64,000 bases of DNA from Botryllus schlosseri (taxonomy: Eukaryota), in assembly GCA_051294905.1 (NCBI GenBank), contig CM119371.1, positions 16,618,001 to 16,682,000 of the forward strand. The letters are read 5' to 3'. The position numbers and the translations under genes were made by a program. Positions 1 through 11,382 of this stretch are shown one piece after another. How positions within the stretch are numbered: the stretch's first letter is position 1; every line of letters begins with the position of its first letter. The notes beneath the pieces are model-generated. The model saw only the letters and a list, made by a program, of their open reading frames with translations. It did no database searches and was not told where the DNA came from.

Positions 1-784
1 CGCCCCTGCTGTATGATATTACACATTGATAATAATCGTCAATAATTGGTGCATGCATTGTATACGTTGTAGGACTAGCCTATTGCATGAACGTGGTAAG
101 GGGATGTCATTATCAGTGACTTGATCCCAACACTGCTTTATACCTGCCCAATGCGCATCGATCAACATCGGCTAAATCTCGAACAGACTTTGTGTTGATA
201 TCCCATTCAAAATGGCCTCATGACACGATTCAAATGTTCTTTTCATCCTAACCTGAATCTTTTCTTGTCACGCAGTCTTTTCGTCCACTTGACACTTATT
301 GCTTTTTGCTGTACCTCGATGCTGCGCTCGTCTTCTGGAGAATATACCGATGCAGGTTGACTCTGTAATAAATATCTTCATTAAAGCCCAGCAAATTATC
401 AGCTTGCAGGTAATAGCGAGTCAATTTATTGCAGAAAGAGCAAAAGTTTTTTTAGGCCTAACTATTTCGTAAGAACAGACAGTTCCGACCAGAAATGAAG
501 ATAAGCAGTAGCCTAAAATTCTAAGGTAATGGGGGAAAACAGGCAATTTACATATATACGAGATCACAATTTCATCAAAATTAAGATTTTTAGGGTTAAA
601 AATGTCAAAATTGACAGAATGTCAGATTTTATCGGTCAAAATCTTCGGTTTTTAGATAAAAATAAAATCACCCTAGGAGAACATCACATATTCGTTGAAG
701 AAGTTCATATCAACATATTCCAACATATTCTATTCGGGAAACAAAAAAGTACTAACCTATGGTAGATTAGTAATCTATATAGAC

Positions 785-1651
785 CAGGAATGGCCAACCT
801 TTTCGGCTGAAGAGCCACATGCAATTGACGAACGAGTTCGCGGTCCACTAGCAACGCCAAGCAGATAAAATTTTCGAAATTTATAAATAAACAAGGTCAA
901 TAATATTATTACTCGAGTATTGCGGGTCTGTTGTATACCGCCCGCTAGACTCAGTTTGCAAGGACACGACTATTTGGCGTCTGGCCACATCGATATCGCC
1001 ATTTCACCATTGACGATCTTTATGCGAGCGCAAACGCGAAAAGACTTTCTCCCGTAATTGCGAATACAGTTAGACTCAATCGGATAAAATAGGCGTTTTT
1101 TTCGTTTTCAGATTGAGTCTAACTATATTAGCGATTACGAGACAAAGTGTCGTTCAACATATGGGACCTTGCGTTTGCACTGGCAGTCGACTATGAAACC
1201 TAGGCACGAAATGATTGACGCATGTTGCGGTCGCAGCTTTCAATATCGATATGTCCATGCGCCGAATAGCCCAGTCCTCGCAAACTTAGCCCAGCGATAT
1301 ACAGCAGGCCCGCAATATAATCAAGTGACAATATTATTGACCTATGAACTTCAAAATCGTGCGAAAATTAAACACGCAAAGCGTGAAAAAAAATTTCACT
1401 GCTATTTTACTTTATTGTAATGTACGACGACTTACTGAAAAGGTGACTGGACCCTGGATCTGCCGATGCGTTGGAACTGATATTTTAGTCATCAAGATCC
1501 CAAGTGTCGCAGCAAGAATTGTAATTTTTTGTTGGCATTGCAAGTTCACAATCTGAGCAATTCATTTTCGATAATATAATAGGAAATTAGCTCACGGGTC
1601 ACGCAAAACCCTCTCGCTGGCCATATTTGGCCCACGGGTTGGTCACCCCTG
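785..1651. mobile_element. Non-autonomous hAT element (CAGG...CCTG ends), nested in the right end of a CAGGGCTTTGGAGC-family element that ends at 1738
   Basis: Ends caggaatggccaacc / ggttggtcacccctg; 8-bp TSD atatagac/atgtagac; clear homologue at 62778-63471. Confidence 0.85.
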
Positions 1652-2277
1652 ATGTAGACAGGCCAATGCGATCATTTCAGAGCCGGAGCAGCAGCTAGAG
1701 CAGGAGCAGTTTAAATTTGCGGCTGCTCTAAAGCCCTGCATAACACAGCGTGATTTTGGCTAAAAATCTATATTCGTTTCTATTACAGATATCGAACAAG
1801 ACAAGATAATTTTAGTACAGTATGATTACCATGATCATCGCTTCATGACGATAATTCTGTTGACATGCATAGAATATAATTACTCACTTCCATCGTCAAA
1901 CCAGTCATATTGTCCCATATCTTTGGCAGACAATTCATAGAAATCGCCGTTCAATTCAAGCGACTTGTCGTAATATTCCGTAGTGAATTTTCTGTCCTAG
2001 ATGGTACTACGAACTGCACATTTCACAACATAATAAATCTCAGATAGGTGATCAACTGTGATCACCTTTCTAATATTACCATGGATGATCAGCATTTTCA
2101 TATTTAATAGCACAAGAGTAATAAATCGCTAACCAGTCTGATGAATCTGAAAAATAGAACGTCCATGTTCAAAATTACGCAATTTTAATTACCGGAACTT
2201 TTCTCTATCGGCATATAGTTCACTATTAAACTTCGAAACATATTCTATGATGCAGTCTAATGTAGCGATCTCACCAT

Positions 2278-2451
2278 CAATGTTCCCTCTAAGCTGCGCA
2301 CATGCACAAATGCGCAGTGCTAACACGGTCTCTGCGCACAAAAAATCCGATATGATGACCTTTTTTTTAGTCTTTACGCACTGTTGTCCAAGGGTCTGCC
2401 CAGTGAGTTCGTGAGTGTGCGCAGACTCGTCAAAAATTAGAGGGAACATTG
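2278..2451. mobile_element. 174-bp hAT MITE
   Basis: TIR caatgttccctcta/tagagggaacattg; perfect 8-bp TSD ctcaccat; further copies at 26514-26707 and 51336-51530. Confidence 0.92.
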
Positions 2452-3179
2452 CTCACCATACTGTAATTTACCAATACAGTATACCGGTAAATTATGGAGT
2501 CTCTGGTAAAATATTTCACCAGGTTGTAAAACACAAAGGAAACCGGTTTCTGTCATAGCCTCACAGGAATAACAGTGTAAATATCGCCCAAAGCCTGACT
2601 TGAGGATACCACAAATGTCACAGTGCCCGTCAAAATCTTCATAGAAAAATATTTTACCATCTTCATCCTGATTGACAACATGAATTCTTTTTTGCCGTAT
2701 TTGTCACATAATTTTACAGAGCAAACTTGTCCCTCCATATCTTGCATTCGACAAAATGCAACATATTGGCATGGTATACACATCCTCCTAATATATCAAC
2801 TGGCTCAACTTTCTTAGGTTCATTATTTACATAGTTAAGCTAAGACATTCCCCAACATGATATACTGTAATCGACTGGTTACCGTATGCACTCTGAAGCT
2901 ATATATGGTAAGTGCTAAACGATATGCTGCCTCCACACGCCACACGTTACCGTACTGCAGTTAAATGCAGCACACCAACTATGCACACCCCGTAGGCGCG
3001 CATATGAATCGAAAACACTTTCCCCGATGAAAACTGATGTGAAATGCATCCTCTACTAACTGGACAAATACGATCAATAACCGTCAGCCGGTAATAAACT
3101 CTACAATCAGTTTCGCCAACTTTGCTGGCCGCGTAGTGATCGCCGATGGAAGTGGCTACTGGCTTCCCGGCACTGAAAG

Positions 3180-3432
3180 TTTTTCAAACCAATCGTAACG
3201 CATACGGCAATCACGTGAGCAGTGAAGTAGAACTTCCGTTTTTTTAACCAATCACGTCGGATCGTGAAATAGTGTGAGTGGTGAACTGAAATTTTACCGT
3301 CGTTCTGCAACCAATCACGACGGAGACTGAAATCGAGGACCGTGAACTAAAATTTCCTGTTTTCCAACCACGGATTCGGAAATCGTGTGAGCTGTGAACT
3401 GAAATTATACCTCAGTTTTTCAACCAATCGAG
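3180..3432. repeat. Degenerate tandem repeat, units of roughly 55-65 bp
   Basis: Recurring aaccaatc(acg)...gtgaactgaaatt motifs, 4-5 units. Confidence 0.6.
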
Positions 3433-3544
3433 ACCAATACTCAAATGTCTTTTTTTTTTATAGATAACTAACCTACGCATAGATTCGCACCACCCATCAT
3501 CACCCTTGCTCGTCGTGAGGAATTGACTACTGAAGTGCTCAGCA

Positions 3545-4290
3545 ATCTGAACGCAGCATGATCGGTTATCAATAGCTGAAGACCCGAACCCTCAAATTAA
3601 ATAAAGTTGATCTTATTTGAAAGCTACCGTCACGCTGATTCTGAAAATAATACATTAAAATTTCATTAGGACAATGGAACTAACCCGAAATAGCCTAAAA
3701 ATCTGAAAATCGGCATCGTGCAGCGATGCAGCACAATCACCATAACAACGGCCTTTGCGTTGTTGCGATCGTTCAGAACAATGCCGATTTGCAGACTTTT
3801 GGGGTGCATTTCGAGGGGGTTCCATTGCCCCTATAAGATTTTAATGTATATTTCGGAATCAAAGCGACAGTAGCCTATAAATCAGCTCAACTTTTTTTAA
3901 TTTGAGTGCTCGGATCGTCAGCGATAGGATTAGCAATTATGTTGCGTTCCAATTGGTGCAATAAAATCCTAATCTGGTCCCACTGTATCAACATTGTGCA
4001 GAATCCCTGTCCCTGACACTATTTCCGTGTCCGTCTGAAAATATACATTAAAATTTCAATAGGGCAATGGAATTACCCCGAAGTAGCCTTCAAAATCTGA
4101 AAATCAGCATTGTTCCAAACAATCGCAGCGACGCAGCCCTATAACGCGTGGTTCGGAACAATGCCGAATTTCATACTTTCGGGTGTATTTCGAAGGCGTT
4201 CCATTGCCCTGATTAGATTTTGATGCATATTTTCGGAATCAGTGCGACAGTAGCTTTCAAATCAGAGCAACGTTATTCCAATCTGAAACG
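3545..4290. repeat. Two adjacent copies of a degenerate palindromic (foldback) MITE
   Basis: Arms such as tacattaaaatttc...caatggaa and ttccattg...attttaatgta are inverted within about 3620-3880 and again within about 4035-4260. Confidence 0.65.
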
Positions 4291-4855
4291 CAACATGTTT
4301 TTTACATAACATGTTACGTTTCAGTTTTGAACTTGATTAATTGGAAAACACGTCGCGTTTTCGGTTTTAAACTTGTTTTTTTCAAAAACACGTCGGCGTT
4401 TTCCGTCGTTTAACGTGTTTTTGGTAAAAACATGCAAAAAACACGTTAAATACACGGTTTATTTTTTACAGTGTAGTGTTGATTGTTTGTATGATGCAAG
4501 CGTCATGCATAGAGTGGCCCGCAGCTGATACGCTCGCCTTCTACGACCAACTAGAAGGTATTATTTCCACCTACCCGCAGCGCGACATAACCATGCTGCT
4601 TGGGGACATGAATGCCACGTTGGCCGAGCGCTCACAGCGAGTTCGCTTCGCAGTTGGCAACGAAAATAGCAACTCTGAGCATTTTACCAACCTACTCGAC
4701 CGCTGCGACCTCATTCCTCTCAACGCCAACTTCACTACGAAGCCGAAACGCAGAACAACATTTGACGGTATGCGCCGACGCAACAAGCGGCTGGATTATA
4801 TCTGCTGCAAAGCTCCCGCACGGCGCCACTTCACGAACTGCCGAACGGTGCGCAT

Positions 4856-5473
4856 TAGGGCTGTTCAAAAATAACTTTTTTTCCTGAATCTTGCTGGTTA
4901 CTTGATTAAATCGTTAGGTTGCCTTAAAAAACGACGCACACCAAATTTGAATTCATTCCGACAAATATTCGCGGGTTACGTAGAGTTTGAAAATTTTGGA
5001 TTTGCCCAAAAACGCAAAAAAATTTTTTTTCCAAATTTTTCTGCCATCCCCATGAAATTGTTGGGCTGTCTTCAAAAACTATGCAAAACAAATTTGACTC
5101 AATTCCAAGCCGTAGAAGCGGAGTTATTCCAGTTTTTCGGTGATAATTCTTGGATTATCCACCAATCAAGGATAATCCCAGAATTATCGAATAAAAACTG
5201 AAATAACTCCGCTTCTACGGCTTGGAATTGAGTCAAATTTGTTTTGCATAGTTTTTGAAGACAGCCCAACAATTTCATGGAGTTGGCAGAAAAATTTGGA
5301 AAAATTTTTTTTTGCGTTTTTGGGCAAATCCAAAATTTTCAAACTCTACGTAACCCGCGAATATTTGTCGGAATGAATTCAAATTTGGTATGCGTCGTTT
5401 TTTAAGGCAACCTAACGATTTAATCAAGTAACCAGCAAGATTCAGGAAAAAAAGTTATTTTTGAACAGCCCTA
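4856..5473. mobile_element. 618-bp near-perfect palindromic hAT foldback MITE (TAGGGCTG ends)
   Basis: Arms of about 300 bp are reverse complements; perfect 8-bp TSD gtgcgcat; removal restores LINE reading CRTVRMLTMRNDHR. Confidence 0.95.
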
Positions 5474-5869
5474 GTGCGCATGCTAACGATGAGGAATGAC
5501 CATCGCATGGTGTTGGCCACGCTTCGTGAACGCCTACCGTTTGTCCAGAAGCGCACACCGAAAGGGCCCCTATCAAATTGGCTTGATCTCAAGGACGCAA
5601 ATAAGATGAAAGACTTCACCATGCACACACTCGACGCCCTCGAGGTCCAAAATACTACACCGACCGCCTTTGCGCCACTTGTGGCAGCAGTCAAGAATGC
5701 AGCCCGTGAAACGCTCGGTGAGGCACATAGGAAGCCACGGCCAAAATTAGCCTGGGAATCCGACCCATCGGTGCTCAGTGCACGTCAGAACCTCAATACT
5801 CTCAGACGTGCCGCGTACACCTCTGGAACACTGGACGCACATAGCGATGCTAACGAAGCCGCTATGCAC

Positions 5870-8401
5870 CAGACATGGGGTGATTACTTCATGAATGTAA
5901 TCGATTGCGATTACGATTACTTCTGAATGACGCGATTACGATTACGATTACGATTACAGCAAAATCAGGAAGTAGTCGATTACGATTACGATTACATTGG
6001 AAAAGTAATCACGATTACATCTATTTTGCATCTTAGAAGCTATGTTGGAAGACAATATATGGATTGCGCTGAAACGGCCTAATAAGATAACAAACTCCCT
6101 TTAAAAAAATGCGTCATTTGTTTGTTACGTCATAATGTACCCATTGCCCATTTTCATAGAGGTCAATTTATCGCGCCCAGCGATTTGCATTCTTGCCAGG
6201 GCCATAACTGCCGCACCCCAAATATCCCAATAGGGTGGAGAACGAGCTCGAAGGGGACTCAAAAAGTATTTCGTAAACCAGCATAAGTTATAGAGTATTT
6301 TCAAGATATCTATTTAACTTGAAAATCCTCTCTAGAACAATGATTCCCAACCGCGGGTCCGGGAGCCGCATGCGGCTCCCAGCTAGCCTACTTGCGGCTC
6401 CCATTGACGTTGGAAAATCCAACAAAAATAATAAAAAATCAATCTATAACAAACAAACAAACAAAATTGATAATCAAAAATTACACTTGCTTGGCTTGGA
6501 ATCTGGAGTTTATATTTAAGGGTGAAGACCAATTCTCTTGGTGTCGAGTAGCGATTCTCTACTCAGCAACGATTTCGTTACTAAACTCACGTCAAAAAGT
6601 ATGCTCACACTCAAATACGTTTGGATCGGCACTCAAATTTAAGTCTGCTCATCACCAGACCTAATTAAGTGCAGGTGGTGTTACAGTTACAACACGTTTT
6701 ACAACGCTATCTGACCATCAAACCAATGGATTATTTTACTTGATTGTTAAGTTCTACGTCCGCATTGACGGAATGAATGCTTTTTTACCCATGATGAAAA
6801 TGATTTCAAGTCCTATTGTAGTTAATGTGGCCACTGACCCTATAGTAATTTACAACTTGAGTTGCTAGACATGCAATCAGATATAAAGACATGACAATTT
6901 TTTTGTGCGTCTTACGAAAGCTTTTCTTTTAGTCTGCTACGTTTGAGCAACTACAATATCTTTTGATTATATAACAAACCGGAGGTCACGAATTAACAAC
7001 ATACACTAAAGTAATTATAACAAGAAACCAGAGGTCATAATATGAATAACGTTCCCCCAGCTCTACAGGTAGGTAATTGTGTGGCGAGATTGCGCAGTGG
7101 TATAATCCACGGCTGCAACACCAATTGGTTGCGGGTTCGAGTCTGATCGAGGTCGACTTCAGAATTCCTACCTAAGTGTTGGAGGTTTATCTAGGCTCCT
7201 CCTTGCCGCCTCATTCGCGTAAGCGGTGTCTTACAAAAGGCTTAAAAGTGGGCCGTGCTACAAGTCGGCAGATACGGAATCAAGAATGCAGAAAATCGGC
7301 CTGGTGTAAATGACCGTTGTAGTCGACAAACACCATGATTACCTCAAACAAATAACCTCTACAGGTAAATATGACCATCGGGGATTAAAAATTAATAGTA
7401 AATATATTGCAATTACTAAATCTGTTGACGAAATTCAGTATTCAACTTGAGATTACCACCCTGTGGGGGCCAAAAATCAACCTTTGGACTGGGGGACGAA
7501 TTGCTGTTTTGATCCTCATTCCAGCTACAACCTACGCTAACATGATATATAAGCGGCGACAGGTCCCAATGTTGGATGGAGAATTATGAAATAACGATAG
7601 GCGCCCGTTTCAAGTGGAGTCATATAAGAATAAGACGAAGCGAACATAAAATTCGGCCTTCAACTTTGTACTGCAAGCTGCCGTTACGAGAAACGGCTCG
7701 GTTATGATATGTATATATCATCAGCTGTTGATTTTTACAGCTTCGTTGTGGAAACCGCAATGTTTTACTTGACGAGTGCAAAATTTCAAATATTGGTCCG
7801 GTGTACGACGTACGTACGTACTGGATAGGCCTACTGCTCGCCAAGCAGCAACGGTCAAACTGCGTTTAACTAAGCATAAGCATAACCAAACATCAACACA
7901 TAAGTTACTATTTTAAACTAGGCAGAGCGGAGATAAATTATACTGCTGCGAGGTAATGGCGATGGAACGTGTTGATAGCCTGATATACAGCGCGGCGGGT
8001 GTTCCTACAATCACACTAATATGTACGACGTACGTACATCGAATATCTATTTAGCTTACTGTGGATGTGGATACTTCTGGCACAATGACGCGCAAAGCTA
8101 ATAGGCTGCTTCTGACGTAATAATGAGCAGTGGCGTTTGAAAATCAGACGTTTGTGCTATCACGAACCTGGAATAATATCTTTTCCTTGTTCACGAATGT
8201 TCAGTTTATGTCATAGTCCTTGTACAAATAAAAAGTAATCGTTCTTTCACAGAGAAATCGATTAGATATGGGAAGTAGTCGATTACGATTACGATTACTT
8301 CGGAATTTTTTCGAATGTAATCGATTGCGATTACGATTACTTGAAAATGCTGTAATCGTCGTAATCGATTACGATTACTAATCGCGATTACCCCATGTCT
8401 G
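5870..8401. mobile_element. 2.5-kb non-autonomous hAT element with (gattac)n subterminal repeats
   Basis: TIR cagacatgggg/ccccatgtctg; perfect 8-bp TSD ctatgcac; gattac/gtaatc arrays at both ends. Confidence 0.93.
7072..7356 (+). mobile_element. tRNA-derived SINE
   Basis: A-box-like ttgcgcagtgg, B-box gggttcgagtc, A/C-rich tail, flanking direct repeat ctctacaggta (7061-7071, 7357-7367); homologues at 24290-24570 and 39048-39330. Confidence 0.85.
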
Positions 8402-10399
8402 CTATGCACCTAACTAACGTTTACAACGCTGCTCGCAAGAAACGAGTCGAAGCTATTGCTCTTTCCGTGGAGAATTAGTTGGAAGCAGGCCGGTCAAGAG
8501 CAGCCTGGAAAGCCATCGGGGAACTAGTTGGCTTCAAGAAGACCCGCGTGAAGGCCTGTACGCAAGACGTCGCATCACACTTCGAGACCCTCTTTTCTAC
8601 ACCTGCACCGGACATCGATGTGCTCGTTGCACCACCTTCATTAGCAGCAATTCCTCTCGCGATCGATACAAACCTGATCACGCTAGCTGAGCTCCGGATA
8701 GCCATGCATGATGTACCACTATTCAAAGGCCACCGGTACGGACAGCATCCCAACGGCTGCGTACACCCGGTTGTTGCACCTTTGCTCCTCGACGTCATGA
8801 ACGGTGTCCTCGAAGGCGGCCCGGTGCCGCCCGAGTGGCTCGAGTGCCTATATACAAGAAAGGCGCAGCGAGTGACCCAGCGAATTACAGATGCATCTCC
8901 CTCATGCAGACCGCGGCCAAGCTGTTCGACCGAGTACTGCTCCTTCGCATACGTGAGCATGTATCTACCATTACCAAGCTCCTGAATGTCCAGAATGGAT
9001 TTCGACCACCCCGCGGTACAACAGAGCATATCCTGGCACTGCGCACAATCATTGACACCTGCCGCCCACACAAAAATAATGTTGTGGCTGTCTTTGTTGA
9101 CTTTGTAAAAGCCTTCGACTCGGTCTCACGCCCAGCCATGTCGGAGATCCTCAGATTCCATGGAATTCCTGAGGTGATAAGGAACGCCAATATGGCCCTC
9201 TATATTGACAGACGAGCGCTAGTCCGAACAGATGACGGTCCAAGCGGAGATTTTACCACTCCGGCTGGCGAGCTTCAAGGTGAAACCTTGGTACCATTCT
9301 TGTTCGTGATAATCCTTGACTTCGTGCTACGAACGGCCTCGGACAACTCGGACTTCTTTGAATGGCGGCCATGGCAAGGAACGCGTACGCGTACGACTCG
9401 CGAGGCTATGCACGTAGGTATTCTTGCCTACGCAGACGACCTCGCCTTGCTTGCCTAGAATACCGCATCGGCACAGCGTCTCATCAACCAACTAGAGGTC
9501 GCCGCCGCTCTTATTGACCTTCAGATCAATGCCAAGAAGACTGAGGTTCTGGCCATACCAGCTCTGTCGGAGAACGCGACACCAATTCAACTGGGAAAAG
9601 TCAGGCTCAAGAATGTCAAGAGTTTTATATACCTCGGTATTGACGTCGCGGACTCTGGAAAAGCACTGAAGGCGAGGCGAGCAAAGGCCTGGGGCGCGGC
9701 AAGACGGCTACATTGCCTATTCCACTCAAGTGACTCACCCCAGCTCAAGACCCGCATTTTCCGTGCCACTACCGAGCAGGTTCTTCTCTACGGAATAGAA
9801 GCACTCACACTGACAGAAAAGCTGGCTAAGACACTCAACGCCAACTACGATGCACTCCGCCGCTACGCACTCGGCATCCACCACCCGGAGCACATATCCA
9901 CCAATGCTCTGCGCAAACTTACAAAAACGGTCCCATGCCGTTTGCTGGCTGCTGAACGACGCTTCCGCCTAATCGGTCATCTAGTGCGGCATCAAGACGA
10001 TCAACCAGCCGCCGCCATCATCAAACACATTCCGACGGAGCCATGGCACAGAGGTGGCTGGAATAGAACCACTTGGCGCTCGACAATAGAGACCGAGCTA
10101 GCGCAACGCGGGCTTTCGCTCAAAGACGCCCACGACCGCCCACGATGGAGGCGCTTAACAAGGGCCCAAAACGGATTATCTTGATGCGTTTTACATGCGA
10201 AACCCTTGCCAACATCAATTTGTGAAGTGTGAACTAAAAACGAAGTGTACAAAATACCTTAACAAAGAGAGCGTTGTGCGGAACCAGGTGATATAAGAAA
10301 CTGATACTGATATTCCGACGATAAATACAATAACAATATAAGATAAAAAATGATTTATGCTGAAAATAAAGGTCGTTCAAAGATTATCTTCCATGTCTG

Positions 10400-11382
10400 G
10401 AGTTATGTGCAGATCTCTCTTTAAGCACCAACTGTTATCTGAAAACATGTTTACGTCCCTGTATCCTTGATATCCTTCTTCCATCCGGCGAAGGTCTTGG
10501 TGGAAACGCTCTCCTTGTTGTTCGCTATATGTAATCACCCCAGTTGACTGGAAAGTAATCCTAATGAGAAGTCAGAAAAGTGCATTTTCACAGACATCAG
10601 GGCTCCAAAGTATTGAAAACTTTCACGCAGCTCTTTGACCTGTGCTTCATCATCAGGGCTTCTATGCCTTCCTCGGAATTTCAAAATGACTACTCGAAAA
10701 GCTGCCCACGGTCATTTTTCCACCGCACCCATGTTTGCAGTGAAACTTTCGTCTTTGATGAGTTCACAAATCTGTGGCCTATGCCCAAAGATGACATTAT
10801 TGCGTAAACTTCTTTACAGTATACTATAAGGCAGTGGTTCTCAAACTTTTTAGACACCTTTAGCCCTGTTCATAGAGAAAAATTTCGCGCCCCCTTTTAG
10901 TGATATTACGAAATATTAAAGCAATCCCAACGGATAGTTTGATGGCATTCAAGGTTATGGCTATTGGTGAGAGACTTTTCAAATATGAAAAAAGGGCAAT
11001 AGACAATAGACAATGGAAATACCATGAGCTAGAGATAAATTGCGCGAAGCGAGAACAAATTTCAGGTAACAGCGGCTTCATACCCCCTTCAAATGCTTTC
11101 GCGCCCACGACTTTGAGAACCACTGCCACAGGGAATGGTCTTCATCATGATTGAAATATTTTCCACCAAACTTTTCATCAAAACTTCATTGCGAAATCCT
11201 ATTTTATGACGTCACAACTCGTAATCGCAAAACGCCTAAATCTGCAGTTTTCGAAAATTCAAATGCAATTTGTCAAAAAACTAGACCTGATTGAAGAGAA
11301 CGGATAACAGCTTTGGATTTGGCATTAAAAAGTACACTAAGAACCGTCAATTCTCAACCTCAAAATTAACACAGCACAGTGT
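10400..11382 (-). mobile_element. Chapaev3-like (CMC superfamily) DNA transposon relic: transposase C-terminal fragment plus one terminus
   Basis: Minus-strand reading PQICELIKDESF...MSVKMHF/LTSH*DYFPVNWGDY/SEQQGERFHQDLRRMEEGYQG...WCLKRD (10400-10810); terminus ...cacagtg near 11382; family assignment from remembered motif. Confidence 0.75.
10832..11125. mobile_element. hAT MITE (cagtggttctcaaa ends) nested in the Chapaev3 relic
   Basis: TIR cagtggttctcaaa/tttgagaaccactg; degenerate TSD ctataagg/ccacaggg; empty site ctataggg in the paralogous copy near 20682; related copy at 53122-53446. Confidence 0.85.

Larger units (their letters stand above)
4500..10184 (+). mobile_element. 5'-truncated, decayed non-LTR retrotransposon (RTE-like ORF2: APE endonuclease plus reverse transcriptase), interrupted twice
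   Basis: APE motifs FYDQLE, LLGDMNA, LDYI, NDHRMV; RT motifs PIYKKG..DPANYRCISL, QNGFRP.RGT, FVDFVKAFDSV, QGETLVPFLF, LAYADDL; C-terminus DRPRWRRL; the frame rejoins after removing 4856-5473 and 5870-8401; stops and frameshifts are present. Confidence 0.93.

Noticed and set aside
4902..5201. 99-aa ORF
   Set aside because: Lies within the palindromic MITE arm
7081..7155. tRNA gene
   Set aside because: Has A/B boxes but no convincing cloverleaf, and continues into a shared SINE body with tail and TSD
8475..9190. Minus-strand ORFs of 198 and 101 aa
   Set aside because: Antisense shadows of the LINE reverse transcriptase
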